From the NCBI GenBank assembly GCA_041653495.1, contig JBAZFF010000003.1, positions 1 to 46,482 of the forward strand: a DNA stretch of 46,482 nt. The letters are read 5' to 3'. Shown here piece by piece: positions 41,159 to 46,482 of the stretch. Position 1 is the first letter of the stretch. Each line of letters opens with the position of its first letter. The notes under the pieces are model-generated. The model saw nothing but the letters and a program-made list of their open reading frames with translations. It made no database searches and was not told the DNA's origin. This DNA comes from Minisyncoccota bacterium. GTDB taxonomy: Bacteria > Patescibacteriota > Minisyncoccia > Minisyncoccales > RBG-13-42-11. A program made the position numbers and the translations under genes.

Positions 41159-44100
41159 ATGGCGAATCATAGAAAGAAAAAAGCGGCAGTAATCAAACCT
41201 ACCGGCAAGAACATCGTAACGGCTCAAGCGACCTCAGATAGTTTCGTCAATCTCGTTGCAAAACTCGGCATCCAGGCAGACAATCAAAGTTCCAATTCCT
41301 ATTACGCGCTCGGACCTTTCCTTAGCAGAGACAGATTGCAGCTTGAAGCAGCCTACAGGAGCAGTTGGCTTGTTGGTGCGGCTGTTGATAGTATTGCTGA
41401 GGACATGACGCGAGCGGGTGTGACCTTTCACACTCAGATGGATCCTGGCAGTGTCCAAAAGATGAATGTTGCTTTGAGCACATTTGGAATTTGGAGCAAC
41501 ATATGCAGTGGAATCAAGTGGGCAAGACTTTACGGCGGAGCGGTTGCAATTATCCTGGTTGATGGCGCCGATTATACAAAGCCTTTGAACATTGAAGCAA
41601 TTGGAAAAGATAAGTTCAAAGGCTTGGTCGTGATGGACAGATGGATGGTCCAGCCAAGCTTTGGCGAGCTTATTACCGATATTTGTCAAGATATCGGCAA
41701 GCCAAAGTTCTACGAAGTCCTTCCTGGCGTTTCCACTTTTCCTGCAATGAAAATTCACTACACGAGGGTTATGAGATTTGACGGGATTGAATTGCCGTAC
41801 TATCAGAAGCTGTTCGAGAATCTCTGGGGCTTGTCTGTGGTAGAAAGAATCTATGACAGGCTTCTTGCGTTTGATAGCTCTACCACTGGTGCGGCGCAGT
41901 TGTTATATAGAGCCCATTTGAGAGTCGTGCAGATAGACGGTCTGAGAGAAGCTCTTGCCGCAGGAGGCAAAACAGAAGCGGCAGTGTTGAAGATGTTCCA
42001 GTATATTCGTCAACTCCAGTCAATGGAAGGAATCACCTTATTGGATGGGAAAGATCAGTTCACTACTCACCAATACACCTTTGGCGGGGTCAGTGATATT
42101 CTCATCCAGTTTGGCCAGCAGATATCTGGAGCAACAGGAATCCCGTTGGTGAGATTGTTCGGACAAAGTCCCGCAGGATTATCTTCAACAGGGGAAAGCG
42201 ACCTTAGGAACTATTACGACAATATCAATCGACTCCAGGAGAATCAATTAAGGCCAGAGCTTGATAAGCTCTTTGCTATTATTGCTCGCTCCAAAGGTTT
42301 GAAAATGCCTTCGGACTTAGAGTTCCTATTCAATCCTCTCTGGCAGTTGAGCGATACAGAAAAATCAACCATTGCAGCAAACGATTCAGGTACAATATCG
42401 GGAGCGGAGTCGACGGGTCTTATCAAGAAGTCAACAGCCCTGAAAGAATTACGACAACTCAGTCGCGTTACCGGAAGGTTTACAAACATCACTGACGAAG
42501 ATATCGAAGACGCAGAGAATGAGCCGCCTCCTGCTATGCCTGGAATGGAAGGACAACAACCTCCTTCCCCGCCCAATAAACCAGAAGAAGGGGATCCAAA
42601 TGCGAGTCTTGGCGCGGATGATCCTAAATTGACAGAAAGCAAAGAGCAAGCGAAGGTAGAGAAAAATCCTGAAGGCAAATCTATTGACAAGCGAAGTAGG
42701 GTCCGCGATGTTTTCAAGAAGTTTCTTGATATTCGCAGAAGGGTCTGGGATGCCTTCAAAGAAGAGGAACATCCAAGAGAAGAGACAGGGAAATTTACAT
42801 CCAAGGGTGGTGGGGTTGGAAAGAAACAAGAAGAATCCGAATCGAAACCAAAAGGTTCCAAACAGCCACAGACAGATGACGAAAAGAATCTTTATTCCCA
42901 TATAAAGCAGGTTTCAGATTTTTATCAAAAGAATACAGGAGGAGCCGGAGGCAAAAGAGTTTACGACAATACATATGATCTTGTATCAAAAGAAGGCAAG
43001 TTCTTTAAGCCTGCCCCGCTTCCGAAAGATGTTAAGAAGGGCAAGATGAAGGGGTGCTACCGGAATGCGGCACTGCTTGCGATGGAAAATGATAACTATA
43101 CCTATTGCGAAGGCATTGCTTATTCCAAGGCCATTAACGGCTTTCCTTTTAATCACGCCTTTTGCATTGATAAAGAGGGCAATGTGGTCGATCCGACATG
43201 GAAAGACGGAACCGCTTATTTTGGTGTTCCTTTTAGCACGGATTTCCTGAGAAAGACCATTGTTGAAACAGGAATATGGGGCTTGATTCCCGACTATCCT
43301 TCGGAGAAATATAATCCTTTTGAAGCTGGTTTTCCAAAAGGAGCGATTGTTGATGAGGATGAGGAAGACGATGAAGGGACAAAAGATAGTAATTCGTTGA
43401 GCAAAGAAGAGCTTGAGAAGATAAAAGATCCAGAATTCGACGAAGAACATTATCATCATGTGACTGATGATTTTAAGGAATCCGAGCATCCTCGCGGTCA
43501 GCCTGAGAATGCTGGTCAGTTCACAAGTAAGGGTGGCGGAACGATTTCAAGCAAGAAAGAATCAAAGCCAGCCAAAGGTATGACTCCTCTGAAAGAAGGA
43601 AAAGCTCCAGTGCATATTGCAAAGCTCAAGATCCCGCCAGCCTGGACAGACATAACTTATAATCCTGATCCTAAAGCTGAACTGCTTGTAAAGGGCAAAG
43701 ACGCTGCCGGCAGAACACAATATGTCTACAGCGAAAAGCATTGGGCAAAAGCAGCATCAAAGAAGTTTGGTCGCATAGAAGAGTTAAACAAGAAGTTCGA
43801 CTCGATCATGAAAGAGAACGACAAAGCCTTGAAGCAAAAGAAGGAAGAGGCATTGGTTCTCAGTCTCATTATGCAGACCGGCATTCGTCCAGGTAGCTCC
43901 GATGAAATCAAAGGCAAAGTAAAAGCTTACGGGGCGACAACGCTTGAAGGTCAGCATGTAGAAGCAACGGCAGAAGAGGTCTTTTTGCACTTTATCGGCA
44001 AGAAGGGTGTTGAAAACAAGATCCCGATAGAGGATAAGACGACAGCGAAGATTCTTGTTGAACGGGCAAAGAAGGCAGGTAAGAATGGAAAGCTTTTTGA

Positions 44101-44365
44101 TACCGACGGAGGTTCACTGTTGAAATACACCGCGTCTCTTGATGGCGGCAAGTTTAAGACAAAAGATTTCAGAACATTGCTTGGAACAAAAACAGCCAAG
44201 CAGCTTATTGACGGAATGGAAGCGCCAAAGAATGAAAAGGAATACAAAAAACAGGTGAAGAGCGTAGCCAAGCAAGTTGCCGAAAGATTGGGGAACACCC
44301 CGTCAGTCGCACTTAAATCCTATATCTCGCCTGTTGTGTTTTCTGCATGGAGGATTAGCGAATGA
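41159..44365 (+). CDS. portal protein (DUF1073/HI1409-like) fused to a transglutaminase-like Cys-His-Asp domain and a type IB DNA topoisomerase domain
   Basis: The N-terminal ~470 aa, 'SDSFVNLVAKLG...AAYRSSWLVGAAVDSIAEDMTR...', fit the HI1409-type portal, and the gene lies between TerL and MuF. The middle and C-terminal domains are listed as separate features. It is one uninterrupted 1068-aa frame from the ATG at 41159. Confidence 0.85.
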   Translation: MANHRKKKAAVIKPTGKNIVTAQATSDSFVNLVAKLGIQADNQSSNSYYALGPFLSRDRLQLEAAYRSSWLVGAAVDSIAEDMTRAGVTFHTQMDPGSVQKMNVALSTFGIWSNICSGIKWARLYGGAVAIILVDGADYTKPLNIEAIGKDKFKGLVVMDRWMVQPSFGELITDICQDIGKPKFYEVLPGVSTFPAMKIHYTRVMRFDGIELPYYQKLFENLWGLSVVERIYDRLLAFDSSTTGAAQLLYRAHLRVVQIDGLREALAAGGKTEAAVLKMFQYIRQLQSMEGITLLDGKDQFTTHQYTFGGVSDILIQFGQQISGATGIPLVRLFGQSPAGLSSTGESDLRNYYDNINRLQENQLRPELDKLFAIIARSKGLKMPSDLEFLFNPLWQLSDTEKSTIAANDSGTISGAESTGLIKKSTALKELRQLSRVTGRFTNITDEDIEDAENEPPPAMPGMEGQQPPSPPNKPEEGDPNASLGADDPKLTESKEQAKVEKNPEGKSIDKRSRVRDVFKKFLDIRRRVWDAFKEEEHPREETGKFTSKGGGVGKKQEESESKPKGSKQPQTDDEKNLYSHIKQVSDFYQKNTGGAGGKRVYDNTYDLVSKEGKFFKPAPLPKDVKKGKMKGCYRNAALLAMENDNYTYCEGIAYSKAINGFPFNHAFCIDKEGNVVDPTWKDGTAYFGVPFSTDFLRKTIVETGIWGLIPDYPSEKYNPFEAGFPKGAIVDEDEEDDEGTKDSNSLSKEELEKIKDPEFDEEHYHHVTDDFKESEHPRGQPENAGQFTSKGGGTISSKKESKPAKGMTPLKEGKAPVHIAKLKIPPAWTDITYNPDPKAELLVKGKDAAGRTQYVYSEKHWAKAASKKFGRIEELNKKFDSIMKENDKALKQKKEEALVLSLIMQTGIRPGSSDEIKGKVKAYGATTLEGQHVEATAEEVFLHFIGKKGVENKIPIEDKTTAKILVERAKKAGKNGKLFDTDGGSLLKYTASLDGGKFKTKDFRTLLGTKTAKQLIDGMEAPKNEKEYKKQVKSVAKQVAERLGNTPSVALKSYISPVVFSAWRISE
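42950..43300 (+). other. transglutaminase-like / papain-fold cysteine protease-like domain inside the portal ORF
   Basis: 'KGCYRNAALLA' supplies Cys635 (codon 43055-57). 'FNHAFCIDKEGNVVDPTW' supplies His668 and Asp680. Together they match the transglutaminase-core pattern C...HAW.E....DPT. Confidence 0.55.
43600..44365 (+). other. type IB topoisomerase catalytic domain at the portal C-terminus
   Basis: 'IPPAWTDI', 'GKDAAGRTQYVYSEKHW' (vaccinia 'GSDSKGRRQYFYGKMH'), 'TGIRPGS' (Arg), 'GATTL', 'FIGKKGVENK' (Lys), 'FKTKDFRT' (Arg), 'LGNTPSV' (Asn, as in bacterial TopIB) and 'KSYIS' (Tyr1057, codon 44321-23). The full catalytic pentad is in the correct order. Confidence 0.85.
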
Positions 44366-44556
44366 GTGATTACATAGAAGATCTGCCACAAGCAAACTTT
44401 GGCGAAGTGTCAGGAGAGCCGATAGACTGGCGCACAGATTCGGTCGAAGAGGACGACACAGACGAGGACCTTCCCGCAAGCGAGGAGATTATTACAATGC
44501 TCGGTTTCGATCCCGATAAAGAAGACTGGGATGAAGAGGAAGGAGGTTCAGAATGA
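44362..44556 (+). CDS. small highly acidic protein
   Basis: 64 aa, Asp/Glu-rich ('EEDDTDEDLP...EDWDEEEGG'), ATGA-coupled to the portal. Possibly scaffold- or decoy-like. Confidence 0.5.
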   Translation: MSDYIEDLPQANFGEVSGEPIDWRTDSVEEDDTDEDLPASEEIITMLGFDPDKEDWDEEEGGSE

Positions 44557-44921
44557 AGAAAATACTATTCGTGTTTTTGTTTGTCTTGCTGTTCTGCTCT
44601 TTTTGCTATGGGGCAGAGTCTTATAACAATTATAACCCTACTGCCGACAAGATTCTACAGCCTGATGGGAGTATAGTAAGCATTATCAGTGGAACAACTG
44701 TTGCCCCTGCGAATGCAACAAGAGCAAATCAATATTTGACCATGCCTTTGAGTGCTGCAAAGTATCTCATGCCTGACGGTTCCATTGTGAATGGAGTTCC
44801 GATAACAACGACAATCACAGGGACAGCAACAGAGAACTATTGTGTAAAGGTCAATGCTTCGGGCGGTCTTGTTTATGGCAGTTGTGTTGCCACCCCGCCT
44901 CCGAAACCGTCGCTGGCGTGA
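44553..44921 (+). CDS. secreted or lipid-anchored protein with signal peptide and internal repeat
   Basis: 'MKKILFVFLFVLLFCSFCYG' is signal-peptide-like. 'LQPDGSIVSIISGTTV' and 'LMPDGSIVNGVPITTT' form an internal repeat. Confidence 0.55.
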   Translation: MKKILFVFLFVLLFCSFCYGAESYNNYNPTADKILQPDGSIVSIISGTTVAPANATRANQYLTMPLSAAKYLMPDGSIVNGVPITTTITGTATENYCVKVNASGGLVYGSCVATPPPKPSLA

Positions 44922-45244
44922 CTGAATACTGCACTGATGCTGAAGCCGTTGCCGGAACAGCGACTAATTGCGCTATGACTCCCGCGAATACGGCAGCGGC
45001 GGAAGCGCCAGTGGTTTCGATCTCTACAGGGCAAGTGATTCTCTATTTTGCAGGGGGTACGATTACGATTCTCTTTATGGTTGTCGGGTTCTTTTTTACC
45101 CGTACACTGAGACAGATAGACGGCAACCAGGGAAGAACTACACAGATACAGGATCGGCTCTTCGAAAAACTCGATACGCTATGTGAGGACTTTTACACTC
45201 TGAAGGGCGAACATAAGGCCCGGATTGATAATTATAAGTGCTGA
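44918..45244 (+). CDS. membrane protein (one TM helix plus C-terminal coiled segment)
   Basis: The GTG at 44918 overlaps the previous stop (GTGA). Transmembrane segment 'ILYFAGGTITILFMVVGFFF'. The start is uncertain. Confidence 0.4.
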   Translation: MTEYCTDAEAVAGTATNCAMTPANTAAAEAPVVSISTGQVILYFAGGTITILFMVVGFFFTRTLRQIDGNQGRTTQIQDRLFEKLDTLCEDFYTLKGEHKARIDNYKC

Positions 45245-45411
45245 TGCAGTGGATTTACGTATGGCCCTGGTGCCTGCTCCGTGACTTGCCTTGCGATGGG
45301 TGCCGGGAGGGTGAATGTTGGGAGAGGTTGGAACGGGAAGGTGTAAAAAATGAAGAACGAGAAATGTCAGGAATTAATACAACTGAAAAAACGCGAGAGC
45401 GTAGAAAATAG
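45244..45411 (+). CDS. possible 55-aa Cys/Trp-rich protein
   Basis: TGATG coupling. Encodes 'MQWIYVWPWCLLRDLPCDGCREGECWERLEREG...'. Below the ORF-track cutoff. Confidence 0.3.
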   Translation: MQWIYVWPWCLLRDLPCDGCREGECWERLEREGVKNEEREMSGINTTEKTRERRK

Positions 45412-45440
45412 GCAGGCAGGCCAGAAAGAGAGGCAGAGAG

Positions 45441-45704
45441 ATGATATTAGGAATCAAGACGGATGACGGAAACGTAATGATCGATGGGTTCAACAGGTTG
45501 GAGCGGCGTGCAGGGACAGGTAAGCAAAGTTTTATGGCTGGTGGATGGCTGGATTACAGGCCAAAACAGAAGGCCGATCCGCAGGCATCAGAAAACGGAA
45601 TCGAGATAGAACTTTTCAGGGACGATGTTTTTGTGATGGGGATATTCAGTTATCAGCCGGTGTTCGTCATGAACGACCGAGGGGAAACGGTAGAACGCAT
45701 TTAA
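45441..45704 (+). CDS. hypothetical protein
   Basis: 87-aa ORF, no motif. Confidence 0.45.
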   Translation: MILGIKTDDGNVMIDGFNRLERRAGTGKQSFMAGGWLDYRPKQKADPQASENGIEIELFRDDVFVMGIFSYQPVFVMNDRGETVERI

Positions 45705-45844
45705 CTTGGAAGAGGATAAAGAAGATTAAACACGGATTTGCTAAAGACTTCTTCGGGCGCTTTGGTAACGCAGTATGTATTTGCGGCAAGTCATTTATGC
45801 TTCACAGTCAATTACAAAAACATATTATAGAAGAGGAGGAGAAA

Positions 45845-45943
45845 ATGTCTTACGAACTTAAAATGGATTGCCCAAGTTGTACTAAAAAGGGGGCGGAAAT
45901 ACTGGTTGGCAATTTGCCCTTAACAACTTTCTTAGAAAGCTGA
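45845..45943 (+). CDS. possible 32-aa protein
   Basis: Strong RBS GAGGAGGAG lies 5 nt upstream of the ATG. Encodes 'MSYELKMDCPSCTKKGAEILVGNLPLTTFLES'. Confidence 0.35.
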   Translation: MSYELKMDCPSCTKKGAEILVGNLPLTTFLES

Positions 45944-45969
45944 GAGGATTAGGATAAGGTGGAGATTAG

Positions 45970-46482
45970 ATGTATACGTTAACCTCAACTATAGACGCGA
46001 AGTCAAAAGCGCCTTTGATAATCAAACGAAGCAAGCCGGATTCTCCATTTCAAAAGAGCAAGAGAATCCAGCTTGACTACGAACGAGCATTAAGAAGCCT
46101 TTCAAGAGAAGTCAACAAGCTGATAAGAGGCTATGACCCCAAAGATGTTATCTCAGCAGAAGCTCTTAAAAGGGCGCTTAACAAATATAGTGAGATTATA
46201 AGCCCATGGGCATTGACTGTTGTGAACAAAGTTCTAAGAGAAGTCGACAAACAGGATATCAATGCCTGGAAGACCCATAGTCAGCGAATGAGCATCGCTA
46301 TGAGAAGGGAAATTCTGAATGCCCCAACTGGCGAAGCTTTCCAAAAACTTATGAAAGAGAACGTAGATTTAATCACGTCTATCCCAAGAGAGGCCGCAGA
46401 GCGAGTGCATAATCTTGTCATTGAAAATCTCGCCACAAGCAAAAGAGCGACAGAGATAACAGAAGAGATTCTCAAGACGAAT
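45970..46482 (+). CDS. MuF / SPP1 gp7-like minor head (head morphogenesis) protein, 3'-truncated by the window edge
   Basis: Open frame from the ATG at 45970 (RBS AAGGTGGAG) to the end of the window; it is missing from the ORF track because it has no stop. 'YERALRSLSREVNKLI...LNKYSEIISPWA...LMKENVDLITSIPREAAERVHNLVIEN' fits the MuF N-terminal region, and the position after the portal is typical. Confidence 0.65.
   Translation, partial: MYTLTSTIDAKSKAPLIIKRSKPDSPFQKSKRIQLDYERALRSLSREVNKLIRGYDPKDVISAEALKRALNKYSEIISPWALTVVNKVLREVDKQDINAWKTHSQRMSIAMRREILNAPTGEAFQKLMKENVDLITSIPREAAERVHNLVIENLATSKRATEITEEILKTN

Noticed and set aside
45545-45943. 132-aa ORF overlapping 45441..45704, with a C2H2-like 'CICGKSFMLHSQLQKH' segment.
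   Set aside because: Its 5' part overlaps the better ORF 45441..45704 out of frame, and no start codon with an RBS precedes the Cys/His segment. Only the terminal 32 codons (45845..45943) have a strong RBS and are listed separately.
21-46475. All minus-strand ORFs in the track (for example 639..1571, 4272..4838, 25345..25692, 25774..26205, 30101..30658, 35725..36294, 42244..42861).
   Set aside because: Each lies antisense to a + strand gene with clear motifs, or inside the structured interval. They lack RBSs, have low-complexity or odd composition, and there is no other coding evidence on the minus strand. I treat them as shadow ORFs.
1-46482. CRISPR arrays, integrase/att sites, transposases and long terminal or inverted repeats.
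   Set aside because: I found no regularly spaced direct repeats and no tyrosine/serine recombinase motifs. Visual scanning found no IS-like inverted repeats. The only mobile elements seen are the two inteins.

Overview
The window is about 46.5 kb of a tailed dsDNA phage genome. Every convincing gene is on the + strand, many starts and stops overlap (ATGA/TGATG), and I saw no integrase or repressor. All calls rest on motifs read by eye; no database search was run.

Gene order:
- Replicative helicase (552..2096).
- A 7-deazaguanine DNA-modification island (2130..9296): queD, queE, folE, a second T-fold protein, an intein-interrupted B12-type radical SAM enzyme, a GT-B glycosyltransferase and a dpdA-like DNA transglycosylase. 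No queC is present in the window.
- A replisome/recombination block (9486..24283): clamp-like protein, DnaE Pol III alpha fused to a family-4 UDG-like domain that carries a second HNH intein, clamp loader, gp32-like SSB, RecA-like recombinase, FEN, DnaQ-like exonuclease, resolvase-like nuclease, and SbcD flanked by a split SbcC/Rad50.
- A roughly 0.95 kb gene-poor, GC-enriched, hairpin-dense interval (25105..26055).
- An accessory region (26056..36682): HD protein, SLT endolysin plus two membrane proteins, RtcB RNA ligase, HAD, ThyX, DUF488, one tRNA-Pro-like gene and many small zinc-ribbon or transmembrane ORFs.
- The start of the packaging/head module (37038..46482): TerS, TerL, a 1068-aa portal fused to a transglutaminase-like Cys-His-Asp domain and a type IB topoisomerase domain, and a MuF/gp7-like head protein cut by the window edge.

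A conserved promoter-like motif, tTTGaTTAAAGyrGTG-TATAAT, occurs six times.

The most interesting items are the portal-TopIB fusion, the atypical deazaguanine island, the DnaE-UDG fusion with inteins inserted exactly in catalytic motifs, and the candidate large structured RNA region.
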